Shown here piece by piece: positions 40,263-51,084 of a stretch of DNA of 64,000 nucleotides. The DNA is taken from NCBI GenBank assembly GCA_963774265.1, contig CAVZDU010000001.1, positions 1,088,001-1,152,000 of the forward strand, given 5' to 3'. The position numbers were made by a program, and so were the translations under genes. The first letter of the stretch is position 1. The number at the start of each line of letters is the position of its first letter. The notes beneath the pieces are model-generated. The model saw only the letters and a program-made list of their open reading frames with translations. It did not search any database and was not told the origin of the DNA. The DNA is from an uncultured Chloroflexia bacterium. GTDB lineage: Bacteria; Chloroflexota; Anaerolineae; CG2-30-64-16.

Positions 40263-41048
40263 ATGCATTACCTCCGCCTGTTTGTCACGCTGTTGAAGAT
40301 CAACATTCAGCAGGAGTTGGCCTACCGCACCGACGCGCTCGTCAATGTGCTGGTCATGCTGATGTGGACCGGATGGGAGCTGCTCAGCCTGGGCATCATT
40401 TTCAGCAACACGTCCACCCTGGGCGGCTGGGATCTCGGTCAATTGATTGCCTTGTTGGGTGTGTTTCGCCTGGTTCACACGCTGATGGCGGCGATTGTCT
40501 GGCCCAACACGGAGAAATTCAACACGGGGATGCGCGACGGCTCGCTCGACTACACCTTGCTCCAGCCTGCGCCGAGCCTGTTCCTGGTCACTTTCACGCG
40601 GATCATCATCTGGCGCGTGGCCGACCTGGTGCTCGCCGTCGTGTTGCTGATCGTCGGGCTGAACATGAGCGGGAGCACCGCGACGCCTGCGAGCCTGGCC
40701 AGCTTTGCGCTGCTGCTGGCCGGCGGCATGGCGATCTTCTACAGCCTGTGGATCGTGATGATGGCGTTCACGTTCTGGTTCATCAAATTCGACAACAACG
40801 TGACGATCCTTCAGGCGCTGCTCGAAGCGGGCAGGTATCCCGCGACGGTGTATCCCCCTTGGCTGCGGCTGATCGTGACCTTCGTGGTGCCCATTGCAGT
40901 AGCCACCACAGTGCCCGTGCAGGCGCTGCGCGGGGAGTTGTCGTGGTGGCAGGTGCTGATGTTCCTCGGGGTAGCCGTGCTCGCTGTGCTTTTCAGCCTG
41001 CGTATGTGGCGCGCGGGGGTGCGCCGGTACAGCGGCGCGAGCAGTTAG
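40263..41048 (+). CDS. ABC-2 family permease (DUF990-like)
   Basis: LAYR, GSLDYTLLQP, GRYPATVYP, YSGASS. Confidence 0.88.
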   Translation: MHYLRLFVTLLKINIQQELAYRTDALVNVLVMLMWTGWELLSLGIIFSNTSTLGGWDLGQLIALLGVFRLVHTLMAAIVWPNTEKFNTGMRDGSLDYTLLQPAPSLFLVTFTRIIIWRVADLVLAVVLLIVGLNMSGSTATPASLASFALLLAGGMAIFYSLWIVMMAFTFWFIKFDNNVTILQALLEAGRYPATVYPPWLRLIVTFVVPIAVATTVPVQALRGELSWWQVLMFLGVAVLAVLFSLRMWRAGVRRYSGASS

Positions 41049-41092
41049 GACTGGCTAATCTCTGGTTTGTTAATCATATCGGAATCGCGAAG

Positions 41093-41227
41093 ATGGCACG
41101 CGAGGCGACGTATGAAGCTGGCGCCGTCATCTTTCGCGAAAATGATCCGGCGAGGGATCTGTACATCGTACGCGAGGGCCGCGTCACCATCCTTGATGAA
41201 TTGGCTGGCCTGCCCCGTCTGCTTTAG
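41093..41227 (+). pseudogene. Remnant of a cNMP-binding (Crp-like) domain gene
   Basis: MAREATYEAGAVIFRENDPARDLYIVREGRVTI, then truncated. Confidence 0.6.
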
Positions 41228-41248
41228 CGGCCGCCCCGGCTTTGGCGC

Positions 41249-41881
41249 CTAACGTCCTGACAGCGCGCCGGCTGCCAGCCAAATCTGATACACCCCGAAT
41301 CCCAGCAGGGCCAGCGCGGATAACCCGACCAGTCCGCGCGTCAGGCGAGGGCCGAGGCGACGGGCTACGCCGAACACGATGATGATGCCCATGAGGCTGA
41401 GCACCATGACGCTGCAGAAGCCCACGAGCATCGCGATCCCGTGCGTCGCCGACTCATCCCATGCCTTGAGCAGCAGCGGCCCCATCACGAGGCTCCACCC
41501 CAGCCACGGCCCCGGGTTCAGCAGGTTCACCAGGGCGGCCCGCACGACGGTTTGTCCATTTGCGCCGGAAGGCAGCAGGGACACGTCCGCGCGGAACGTG
41601 CGCCAACTCCGGAAGGCGCCGTATGCGAGATAGAGCAGGAACACCCCACCCGCCAGCCTCAGATAGATCAGCATGGTTGGGGGCAGACGGGTCAGGATGA
41701 ATAACACGACGATGATGATCGGCCCGTCGCTGAGCAAGGGGGCGAATGCCGCGGGCAACGTCCGGCGCCAGCCGTGGGTCAGCGACTGGGAGACGAGGTA
41801 GGCCAGGAATGGGCCGGGCTGCACAGCGGATGCGAACGCGTAGCCGCCGGCCATGACCAGGATTGGCAGCATGCTTGACAT
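41249..41881 (-). CDS. LysE family translocator
   Basis: QPGP, GGVFLLYLA, VNLLNP, six TM helices. Confidence 0.85.
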   Translation of the reverse strand: MSSMLPILVMAGGYAFASAVQPGPFLAYLVSQSLTHGWRRTLPAAFAPLLSDGPIIIVVLFILTRLPPTMLIYLRLAGGVFLLYLAYGAFRSWRTFRADVSLLPSGANGQTVVRAALVNLLNPGPWLGWSLVMGPLLLKAWDESATHGIAMLVGFCSVMVLSLMGIIIVFGVARRLGPRLTRGLVGLSALALLGFGVYQIWLAAGALSGR

Positions 41882-41993
41882 GATGCTGCTTACTATAGGG
41901 TCAAGAGACGGCCTGCGGTATGATGAGCGTCAGCCTCAGGGGCGCCCAGCGGTTGGGCTGCCATCGCATCCCTTCGGTCGCTGCGGCCGGAGC

Positions 41994-43661
41994 TCACTGG
42001 GCGCTGCTTAGCTCGACATCCGCACCATCCTGGATGACGCTCAATGCGTGGCCCGAACGGCTTGTCACGTACACCCGGTTATTCGTCGTGTCGACCGCAA
42101 TCCCTTCCTCTGCGCCCGCGGGCACGGCGATCTCCGCCAGCAGCGCACCGTCTCCGGTCCTGTAGACCTTGACGCGATCGCCGCACGCCACGAACAGATG
42201 CCCCGTAGCCGCGTTGAGTGCCAGCACGTATGGCTCCTGGCCGATGGCGAGGGCATCCAGCACCATCCCGGAAGTCCCATCCAGCACCGTTACCGTATGG
42301 CTGGGCCCGCGGTTCGCCACATAGAGATGGTTCGTTGACTGCTCGTAAGCCAGGCCGTACGGTGCGGCGATGCCGTAGAAGTGGTCCGCGACCAATCCAT
42401 TCTGCAGCCGAACGATCTCGCCATTGCCGTGCATGGACGCGAAGAGTTCCTCACCGTCCGTGATGGCGAAGTGCGCAGGCTCGCGACCCACATACAGCGT
42501 GTTCTCCACCGCCAATGTGAGGGGGTCAAACACGGTGATGGTATCGTTGCCGAAGTTGGCGATGTAGCCATGGCCGTCGTGCACCGCAATGCCATTGGGC
42601 TGCAATCTGGCCGAAATCGACGTCACGCTCGCACCGGTTTCCGCGTTTACCACCCAGGCATTTTCCGTGTCCCGCAGCGTCACCGCGACTCGACCGGCTG
42701 CATCGATCAGCGCTACGCCATTGGGCGCGGTATCCTCGGCACCCAACGGGATCTGCGCCGCTATTGTAAGGGCGGGCAGCGCCTGCAATACGACCAACTG
42801 GCTCACCGTGCCCCCCTGCTGGGCCATGTACACCATCTGACCGCCTGGCTTCACCGCGACGCCGGCAGGGTACGCGTCCGAGGCGAGGTTGAGCGTCTGG
42901 CGCAGGTAGGGCTGTGCCGGGGGCGCACCTGCGGGGCAGATCGTCAGGGACGCGTCATCGATGAAGGTGCGGCTGATGCCGCCCGTCCCGTTGTTGTACG
43001 TGCCGAACTGGAAGCGCATCTGGCGTCCGGCATATCGGCTGATGTCGATCACTGTTTTCCGGAACGCATGCACGTCGGCCCGCTCCACCAGAAGCCAGTC
43101 GATTTTATCATCCTCGTACACGCCGATCGTGTAGAAGAAATCGACTGCGAAGGCTGCATTCTGCAACTCGGTCAGTGTGCTCGGCAGCGAGGCGCGGTCG
43201 GGCAGCGCAGATGCGGCAGCGGCTGCGTCTCCATAGGCGTTGTAGTGCCAGAATGAGAATGTTGCGTATCCCGGCGCGTTTGAAGCAAGGGATTCGGGGA
43301 AGTCGATGATCTGCTGCACCGGAGAGTAGCTCTTGATGTTGGCGCCACCCCAGGGGATGCCGGTTCGCATGCTCTGCAGGCCGCCGTGGACCGCGACGGT
43401 GACGTAAGCCGCGAGGACCGGATTCGGACGGATCTCCCAGCCGGTGTCACCCTCAAAGTCGCCGTTGGTGAAACCCTCATAGCATGCGGGCGGTGGGGGA
43501 GCAGGATAGTCGCTCAGGATCAGTGGTAGATAGATGTGAGTCAACGCTACGCCGGGATCGAGCTGCGGGGCAGCTGCCAGACCCGGGGTGATTGCTGCGA
43601 AGAGGACGACCATCGAGACGAACACGGCGAGGAATCGCGAAAACGTGCTTGTGCGGTCCAT
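41994..43661 (-). CDS. Secreted protein with a carbohydrate-binding-like domain and a YVTN/YncE beta-propeller
   Basis: Signal peptide, HIYLPLIL, NGDFE..W, repeated YVAN/VTVLD blades. Confidence 0.75.
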   Translation of the reverse strand: MDRTSTFSRFLAVFVSMVVLFAAITPGLAAAPQLDPGVALTHIYLPLILSDYPAPPPPACYEGFTNGDFEGDTGWEIRPNPVLAAYVTVAVHGGLQSMRTGIPWGGANIKSYSPVQQIIDFPESLASNAPGYATFSFWHYNAYGDAAAAASALPDRASLPSTLTELQNAAFAVDFFYTIGVYEDDKIDWLLVERADVHAFRKTVIDISRYAGRQMRFQFGTYNNGTGGISRTFIDDASLTICPAGAPPAQPYLRQTLNLASDAYPAGVAVKPGGQMVYMAQQGGTVSQLVVLQALPALTIAAQIPLGAEDTAPNGVALIDAAGRVAVTLRDTENAWVVNAETGASVTSISARLQPNGIAVHDGHGYIANFGNDTITVFDPLTLAVENTLYVGREPAHFAITDGEELFASMHGNGEIVRLQNGLVADHFYGIAAPYGLAYEQSTNHLYVANRGPSHTVTVLDGTSGMVLDALAIGQEPYVLALNAATGHLFVACGDRVKVYRTGDGALLAEIAVPAGAEEGIAVDTTNNRVYVTSRSGHALSVIQDGADVELSSAQ

Positions 43662-43779
43662 GTTCACACCCTCCTTTAGCCCACGCGTCGGCGGAATCGA
43701 ACCAGGAAAACTGCAGGACGATCGCGAATACTATACAAGGATTGTCATGGAAGCGGGTTCCGGTTGATGTCGCTTCGAA

Positions 43780-44184
43780 TCACCGTTCCCCAACCAGGAA
43801 CGTCGGATCGACCGGCACCTGCATCCCCGTGGCCAGTGCGTTCGTCTGGGATGCCATGCCCACCACCGCCATCAGCTCTTCGTACTGCTCCGCGGTCATC
43901 CCCTTGGCCTTGGCCGATGCGGTGTGTGAGTGGACGCAGTACTCGCAGCCGTTGGCGATCGAAACCGCAACATAGATCATCTCCTTGGTCAGTGGATCCA
44001 ACGCGCCCGGCCGCATCACCTCACGCAGCGTCTCCCACGTGCGCTTCAGCAGCTCGGGGTGGTTGGCCAATGCTTTCCAGAAGTTGTTGACATCGGGAAC
44101 ATTGCGGGTTGCCATGATGTCATCGAATACTGCCCGCACCGCGGGTGAAGCCGCGTCGTAGTCGATCAAGGATACGGTTGCCAT
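43780..44184 (-). CDS. Carboxymuconolactone decarboxylase / AhpD-like protein
   Basis: KEMIYVAVSIANGCEYCVHSH. Confidence 0.9.
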   Translation of the reverse strand: MATVSLIDYDAASPAVRAVFDDIMATRNVPDVNNFWKALANHPELLKRTWETLREVMRPGALDPLTKEMIYVAVSIANGCEYCVHSHTASAKAKGMTAEQYEELMAVVGMASQTNALATGMQVPVDPTFLVGER

Positions 44185-44269
44185 CTGCCCCTCCAGTGGT
44201 CAGGGATGACGAAGCATGGCATTTGCGGGGCGCGCACGCAATGCGCGCGGAGGGCAAGATGCCAGGCCG

Positions 44270-45811
44270 TTAACGCGTCCAGTGAGGGGATCCATCGGAG
44301 CCCGGTGCGACGAGCAGCGGACTCAGCGCCCCGTCGGACACGCGCACACCCCAGAGATCGCTTTCGTCCCCGCGATCCGCCAGCCCGCTCTTGTTGCCGT
44401 CCACCCAGCGGCTGAACACGAGCCACTTGCCGTCCGGCGACCACGCCGGGTTGGACGCGAGCTGGCCTTTCGTGAGCGGGCGAACGCGGCTCTCGCCATT
44501 CGGGGCGACGAACCAGATATCGCCGTAAGGGTCCTCGCTAGCCTTCCGCAGGACGAAGGCGATCGACTTGCCATCAGGCGACCATACGGGCTGGTTTTCA
44601 TCGCTTGTAGATGCAGCCACCGCCCGCTGGTTCGTCCCGTCACTGTTCATGATCCAGATATCCATATTCCCATTCTGACCAGAGGAGAACGCGATGTATT
44701 TCCCGTCCGGCGACCAGGTGGGCCATTCGTCGCGGCTCTTGTTGCGCGTCAACCGGCTTGGGCGACCGCCGCCCAAATCAGCCGTAAAGATTTCCGAGTT
44801 CGCGACGCCATCCGTCTCGTCGGTCGAGACGAATGCCAGGCGCTTGCCGTCGGGCGCCCACGCGGGATATTCATCCCAGGCGCCCAGCGAGATCTTTCGA
44901 ACGCGGTTGCCTCCGGTCGCGGTCATCGTCCAGATATCGAAAAGCTCGCCCCCGCCACCGGAGTTGGACGAAAACGCAATCTCAGCGCCGTTTGGCGCCC
45001 AGCGAGGAATATGGTTTTCGCTCTCCTTTGTGAGGCGCACTAGTTGGCCGTTTTGCAGGTTGTAGGTGTAAATGTCGCCCCGCGTGTCCTTCCCGGAGCG
45101 GGTGAAGACCAGGCGGCCCGTATGTTGCGGGGGCGTACTCGTTGCCGTCGGCCGCTGTGTGGGTGACGCCGTCCCCGTCGGGGAGGCTGTCGCACTTGCA
45201 GTCGGCTGTTGGGTGAGGGTTGGCGTCGCCGTTGGTTGATCCGCAGGGGGCAACGTCCCCGTCGCGGTTGCGCTTGGTGGAGCAGCAGGCGGCGTGGTCG
45301 CAGAAGGTGGGACCGTGAGCGTCGGTGACGGTTGTATGACCATCTCACCCTTGCTGGTCGGTGAGGGGGACACCAGGGCTGTTCGCCCCTGATCATCCCC
45401 CCCGCCGGTGAGCCTGGGGAGAAGCACGGCTAAGATGCCAACGACGATGATGGCTCCTGCGATCCATAGATACGGAGGCTTGCGCGACGCACGGCCGTCG
45501 CGCTGGGGTTCAATCGCCGGGCTAACAGGCTCGAGCGTCTCTGGCACGGAGGGCTTTGGAGGGAGCCGGTTGGGCCCGGGTCTGGGTTCCGCAGGCGCGG
45601 CGGCGGTGGCCGGCGGCGTCCCCGGCGTCCAATTCTCGCCGTCGTGATAGTACCATTGCCCTGTTTCGTACCCGATGCTCCACCAACGGCCCTGGTCATC
45701 TTCGACCATGAATTGCGTAACGCGACTCCGAAGCTCCTCTTCCGAGAGCTGTCCGGCATCAAACTGCGCCTTAAGCCTCCGGTATTCGGCCTCTGCCTGC
45801 TGGAAATCCAT
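44270..45811 (-). CDS. Single-pass membrane protein with TolB/PD40 beta-propeller, Thr/Pro linker and Trp-rich N-terminal domain
   Basis: Repeated P.WSPDGK.IAF; TM segment YLWIAGAIIVVGILAVLL; GGGAGG RBS. Confidence 0.85.
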   Translation of the reverse strand: MDFQQAEAEYRRLKAQFDAGQLSEEELRSRVTQFMVEDDQGRWWSIGYETGQWYYHDGENWTPGTPPATAAAPAEPRPGPNRLPPKPSVPETLEPVSPAIEPQRDGRASRKPPYLWIAGAIIVVGILAVLLPRLTGGGDDQGRTALVSPSPTSKGEMVIQPSPTLTVPPSATTPPAAPPSATATGTLPPADQPTATPTLTQQPTASATASPTGTASPTQRPTATSTPPQHTGRLVFTRSGKDTRGDIYTYNLQNGQLVRLTKESENHIPRWAPNGAEIAFSSNSGGGGELFDIWTMTATGGNRVRKISLGAWDEYPAWAPDGKRLAFVSTDETDGVANSEIFTADLGGGRPSRLTRNKSRDEWPTWSPDGKYIAFSSGQNGNMDIWIMNSDGTNQRAVAASTSDENQPVWSPDGKSIAFVLRKASEDPYGDIWFVAPNGESRVRPLTKGQLASNPAWSPDGKWLVFSRWVDGNKSGLADRGDESDLWGVRVSDGALSPLLVAPGSDGSPHWTR

Positions 45812-45833
45812 GCTGAGCCTCCCAGAGGGTGCG

Positions 45834-47849
45834 CTACTTCGGCGGGTCGGTCGGCTTCGGACGCGTTCGCGGTGGCGGCGCCATACTCGCAATCTCTTTG
45901 CGCCTGAGAGCAGCGCCGAGCAGATCGGATGCCTGGCCGCGTGTGGGGTGATTTGCATCGGGACGCATTGTCAGCAGCGAACGGAGGGAACGACAAGCCT
46001 CGTCCCAGTGCCCTGCATCGAGGGCGGCCAGGCTGATGGCCCAAAGCTGAGCTACCTGCTGCTCGGCCAAGGCGCGCCGCGCACGTTCCAGCAAGCCAGT
46101 GGTTGCCTCGTAGTTCGGCTGTCGGTGCTGTATGTTTTGGAGTTGGGTGATCGCTTCTGCCCACTTCGCATCATCGAGCAGCCGGACGGCTTCTGCATAG
46201 AGCTGCGCGACCTCTCGATCGCGCTCCGTGGCTTCGATATGCTCGCAGGCAGCGGCAAGCAATCCATCGGGATCCCCGTAGTTCGGATCGATCGTTCGGA
46301 TGCTGTCGAAGACCCTGATGAGCGGGCGCCACTTGCCCGCAGCCGCAAGCAGGCGGGCCTCCTGCCCCAGATCGGCGAGGGCATCCTGGCGCCGGGCAAC
46401 CTCCAGCAGTGCAGCCGCATCCCGATACTGCGGCGCCAGTCCGATGAGTTCGGCCAGGCGGCGCGAAGCATCGCCCCAGTCACGGTTCGCCAATGCGTCG
46501 GCGCCGGAGCGGTAAAGCTCGGCCAGCCTGGCTTCTTTCTGTGCCTGGGTCAGGCGTGCTGCTGCTTCCCGGTAACCCGGATCCTCAGCGACGATCTGGC
46601 CGAGGAGCGCACACGCTTCATCCCACTGGTCGCTGTAAAAGGCGGCCAGGGCCTGCGTGTAGGCTCGTTCGCGGTGCGCTCCGGCCTCGGGGTCAGTGCG
46701 AGCAGGGGGAATCGGTGCGGGTTCGGTGCGCGTTTGAGGCGGTGTTTCCAATGCCTCCACATCGAATATTCGGCCATCCTCGCAACGCATGTAAAGGACG
46801 GGCGTGCCCCACTCCAGTTCATTCTCCCCCGCGAAAACCGCCCTCCGCGCCTCGGCGAGGGCCGCGTCGACCGGGTAACGCCGCGCCAGCGTGTCGTAGA
46901 ATTCGTGCGAGAAGGCGATGGCCGCACTATCGGATATCTCGAATTGCATCGCGATGACCGCCGGAATGCCCTGCTGCAGCAAGCTCTGCGCGGCGCCGGC
47001 AAAGGGGTCGATACGTCCGGCGCGCGCTCCCTCGCAGGCATTCAGGACGATCAGGCGCAGAGAGCGATGATCGGCCAGCAGCATGCCGAGATCCTGTCCG
47101 CTCACAATCCGTCCCCGCCGGTTTTCGTCTTCGAGGACCAGGGCGCCATCCTGGGCAGCGTCATCAAAGCCCGCGTGGCCGATGAAATGGAAGATGTGGT
47201 ACTCTCGATCCTTCAACTGGCGCTGCAGCCGCAACAGTGAGGCGACTTCCAGTCGCTCCACCGTCACCAGGCCCGCCCCCTGAACGTCAGCGAGCGCGTT
47301 GGAAAGCTGGGACCATTCCCGCTCCACATCCAGGGGTGGGTAGTCGGTGGGGCTCGCGATCATGACCAGTGCGCGCAGGGGCGGCTTAACGGCCAGGGGA
47401 CGTGAGGCATCGGGAAGCTCGAGGAAGCGGACGACGGGTGTTTCCTTCGAGAGGCACAAAAAGCGATTGAGCGCTCCGTCGTAAAGAAACTCCCACGGGA
47501 TGTCGCACAGTTCTGGTGCGTCGGTGAGGCGGAGGCGGAGGCGCAGCCCTGCGTTGCGGCGGCGCACCTCTGAGAGGCTTGCGGATAGGGTGTTTCGGAT
47601 GGCGCCGCTGAACACCGTTTCAAAAAGCTGCCCGCCGAAGAGTTTGGCGGTTTGCGTTTCGGACGATTCCAGGCGCCGCATACGTCGTCGGGCGTGGCCC
47701 ATGCGGAGGAGGAAGTTTTCCAGTTCCAGATCGGAGAAGGGCAAGGAGAATTCGCTCGAAGCCTGGCCGCCGGGCGAGTCCAACACGCGTGCGCGATAGC
47801 GTCCGGCGCCCTTCGGCTCGATCTGCAGGTCGAAATCGACGTAATCCAC
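45834..47849 (-). CDS. CHAT (caspase-like) domain protein with TPR-like C-terminus
   Basis: IPWEFL, HIFHFIGHAG, IVLNACEG (His-Cys dyad), AVIAMQ, EWGTPVLY; helical 'P.Y.DA' repeats. Confidence 0.88.
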   Translation of the reverse strand: MDYVDFDLQIEPKGAGRYRARVLDSPGGQASSEFSLPFSDLELENFLLRMGHARRRMRRLESSETQTAKLFGGQLFETVFSGAIRNTLSASLSEVRRRNAGLRLRLRLTDAPELCDIPWEFLYDGALNRFLCLSKETPVVRFLELPDASRPLAVKPPLRALVMIASPTDYPPLDVEREWSQLSNALADVQGAGLVTVERLEVASLLRLQRQLKDREYHIFHFIGHAGFDDAAQDGALVLEDENRRGRIVSGQDLGMLLADHRSLRLIVLNACEGARAGRIDPFAGAAQSLLQQGIPAVIAMQFEISDSAAIAFSHEFYDTLARRYPVDAALAEARRAVFAGENELEWGTPVLYMRCEDGRIFDVEALETPPQTRTEPAPIPPARTDPEAGAHRERAYTQALAAFYSDQWDEACALLGQIVAEDPGYREAAARLTQAQKEARLAELYRSGADALANRDWGDASRRLAELIGLAPQYRDAAALLEVARRQDALADLGQEARLLAAAGKWRPLIRVFDSIRTIDPNYGDPDGLLAAACEHIEATERDREVAQLYAEAVRLLDDAKWAEAITQLQNIQHRQPNYEATTGLLERARRALAEQQVAQLWAISLAALDAGHWDEACRSLRSLLTMRPDANHPTRGQASDLLGAALRRKEIASMAPPPRTRPKPTDPPK

Positions 47850-47891
47850 CGCGCGGCTCCTATCAGCACGGTGTTCGTACTGACATTGCAC

Positions 47892-47920
47892 AGTATAGCG
47901 CGATGGGATCGCAGTGTCAA
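47892..47920 (-). promoter_or_regulatory. sigma70 promoter of the CHAT gene
   Basis: Minus strand TTGACA, 17 bp, TATACT. Confidence 0.7.
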
Positions 47921-47972
47921 TTGCCCTTCGTGAATCCGCGAATCGGGTTGGGGTGTCTGACAGCCATCATAA

Positions 47973-48001
47973 TTGACACTCGCTCGCAGACGTCGTATGA
48001 T
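47973..48001 (+). promoter_or_regulatory. sigma70 promoter of the ABC importer operon
   Basis: TTGACA, 17 bp, TATGAT. Confidence 0.7.
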
Positions 48002-48149
48002 AAAGCCGTTCCATCCATTGCACATTGATATTCACTTCCGCACTTCCTGCCCTGATTGCGATCGGTTGATGTCGCTCACCGCTGAGTTGATTGGGCGACG
48101 CCTGTTTTGTCGTCGGACCGTACGTCATCCAAGTTTACCGGGAGGAAAA

Positions 48150-49349
48150 ATGTCCAAGCTCCGTTTCTACGCCGTCGTTGTCCTGCTGCTCGTCGTTGCA
48201 AGCCTTGCCGGCTGTGCACCGGCCGCAGCACCCACCCAGGCGCCGGCTGCGGCGCCCACTGCCGCACCTGCCCAACCCGCGGCGCCTACTGCTGCGCCGG
48301 CGGCGCCGGCTGCACCCGCAGACCCACTTGCGGATCTCATCAAGGCCGCCAAGGCCGAAGGCATGCTGACCACCATCGCCCTGCCGCACGACTGGTGCAA
48401 CTACGGCGAAGCCATCGACAGCTTCAAGGCCAAGTACGGCCTGCAGGTCAACGAGCTGAACCCTGATGGCGGCTCCGGTGACGAAATCGAAGCCATCAAG
48501 GCCAACAAGGACAACAAAGGCCCGCAGGCGCCCGACGTGATCGACGTCGGCTACAGCTTCGGCCCGCAGATCGATCGCCGAGAAGCTGGTTCAGCCGTAC
48601 AAGGTGTCCACCTGGGACACCATCCCGGCCGATACGAAAGACGCCGACGGCAACTGGTACGGTGACTACTACGGCGTCCTGGCCTTCGAAGTCAACAAGG
48701 ATGTCGGTCAAGAACGTGCCGCAGGACTGGGCCGACCTGCTGAAGCCGGAATACAAGGGCCAGGTGGCGCTCTCCGGCGACCCGCGCGCCTCCACCCAGG
48801 CGCAGATGAGCGTCTATGCCGCCGCCCTGGCCAACGGCGGCTCGCTGGATAACATGCAGCCCGGCCTGGATTTCTTCAAGAAGCTGAACGAGGCGGGCAA
48901 CTTCGTCCCCGTGATCGCCAAGCAGGCGACCGTCGCCAAGGGCGAGACCCCCGTGATCACTGCGCTGGGACTACAACGCCCTGGCCGACAAGACCACGCT
49001 GGCCGGCAACCCCAACATCGAGGTGGTGATTCCCAAGACGGGCGTCATCGCCGGCGTTTACATCCAGGCCATCAGCGCCTACGCACCGCACCCCAATGCC
49101 GCCAAGCTGTGGATGGAGTACCTTTACTCGGATGAGGGCCAGTTGGTCTGGCTGAAGGGCGACTGCCACCCGATCCGCTACAACGACATGGTGAAGCGCG
49201 AACGTCATCCCGGCCGATCTGGCTGCCAAGCTGCCCCCGGCCGATGCCTACGCCAAGGCCGTCTTCCCGACCCTGGCTCAGATCAATGCCGCGGCAAGAA
49301 AGCCATCGCGACTAACTGGGACAAGGTCGTCGGCGCCGATGTCAAGTAG
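48150..49349 (+). CDS. ABC substrate-binding lipoprotein (PotD/AfuA-like; frameshifted)
   Basis: LAGC lipobox, AAKAEG.LTTIALPHDWCNYGE, APDVIDVG, YAPHPNAAKLWMEYLYSDEGQ. Confidence 0.85.
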
Positions 49350-50276
49350 CGCCAGCCTGTGGCGAGCACGCTGCAACCCACACCGACACCACCGCGGGGC
49401 GCGCCGAAGGCGCGCCCCGCGCTTCATGACCTGGGACTGGCTTGGCGTCGCGCCCTTCTTCCTGTTCGCCATCCTCTTCCTGTTCCTGCCCTCGCTGTCG
49501 CTGTTCATCGGCAGCTTCCAGGACAACCAGGGACAACTTCACCCTGGCCAACATCGCCGGGCTGTTCACCCCGTCCATCCTCAGCGCGTACTGGATCACC
49601 ATCCGCATCAGCGCTGTTCACCGCGGTCGGCGGCGGGCTGTTCGGTTTCTCCTTGGCCTATGCCGCCATCCTGGCGGGCCTGCCGCGCTGGGTGACGCGA
49701 CGGCCATGGCGACCTTCTCGCGGCGTGGCCTCCAACTTCGCCGGGGTGCCGCTGGCGTTTGCTTTCATCGCCACCCTGGGCCGGTTGGGGCTGGTGACAG
49801 TGTTGCTGAAGAATGTCTTCGGCTTCAACCTGTACGATCAGCGGCTTCAACCTGTACAGCTTTTGGGGGCTGAGCGTCACCTACCTGTATTTCCAATTCC
49901 CGTTGATGGTGCTGATCATCACCCCGGCGCTGGAGGGACTCCAGCCGCGAGTGGCGCGAGGCTGCCGAAAACCTGGGCGCCACCACGCTGGCAGTACTGG
50001 CGCCATGTGGCGCTGCCGATGCTGATGCCGTCGCTGCTCGGCACGATGATCCTGCTGTTCGGCAATGCCTTCGGCGCGTACGCCACCGCCCTGTCGTTGA
50101 CCGGCGGGATGATCAACCTGGTGACGATCCTGATCGGCTCGCAGATCAAAGGGGATGTGCTGCACAACTCGGGCCTGGGCTATGCCCTGGCGCTTGGCAT
50201 GGTCGTGGTGATGGCAATCTCGATGGCTATCTATTACGTGCTGCGCCGCCGCAGCGAAAGGTGGCTGCGCACATGA
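49339..50276 (+). CDS. ABC permease (PotB-like; frameshifted, start uncertain)
   Basis: SNFAGVPLAFAF, YFQFPLMVL, LLFGNAFGAYAT. Confidence 0.8.
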
Positions 50277-51080
50277 AGCGCAACACGTTCTGGGGCTGGT
50301 TCTGGACCTTCCTGGGCGTTCTCTACTTCTTCCTGCCGCTCTGATGCCACCTTGGACTTCTCGCTGCGCGCCAGGAAAGGACAGCTCAGCCGTGCTGGCT
50401 TACGAGCGCGTGCTGGCCGACCCGCAATTCAGGCGAGACCTTCGCTGTTCTCGCTGGGCATGGCCGTGCTGACCATCCTGGTCAGCCTCGTTCTGATCGT
50501 CCCAACCGCTTACTGGATCCGCCTGCGCCTGCCGCAAGCTGCGGCCGGTGGTCGAGTTCATCACCATGATGCCGTTTGTGATGCCCGCCATCGTGCTGGT
50601 CTTTGGGCTGATCCGGGTTTACAGCGGGGGCTTCCTGCCGCTGACCAACTTCCGCGGCCGGTACCAATGCCCTGCTGGTGGCTGCCTACGTGGTCCTGGC
50701 GCTGCCGTACATGTATCGGGCGGTGGACACGGGCCTGGCGGCCATCGACGTGCGCACCCTGACTGAGGCGGCCCAAAGCCTGGGCGCCGGCTGGGGCACG
50801 ATCCTGTTCCGCGTGATCTTCCCCAACCTGCGCGTCGGCGCTGCTGAGCGGCGCGTTCCTGACCCTCGCCACCGTCATCGGCGAGTTTACCATCGCCAGC
50901 TTCCTGGTGGGCATCCACGCGTTCGGACCATACATGTCGCTGGTCGGACAGAATAAGACCTACGAATCGTCCGCCCTGGCGATCATCAGCTTTGCGCTGA
51001 CCTGGGCCTTCATGGGCCTGATTCAATTGATCGGACGCGGCCAGCCGGGCCAGCGCCAGCAACTTGTGGGGGCAAGGTGA
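50273..51080 (+). CDS. ABC permease (PotC-like; frameshifted)
   Basis: LPYMYRAVDTGL..TLTEAAQSLGA, IGEFTIAS. Confidence 0.8.
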
Positions 51081-51084
51081 CACG

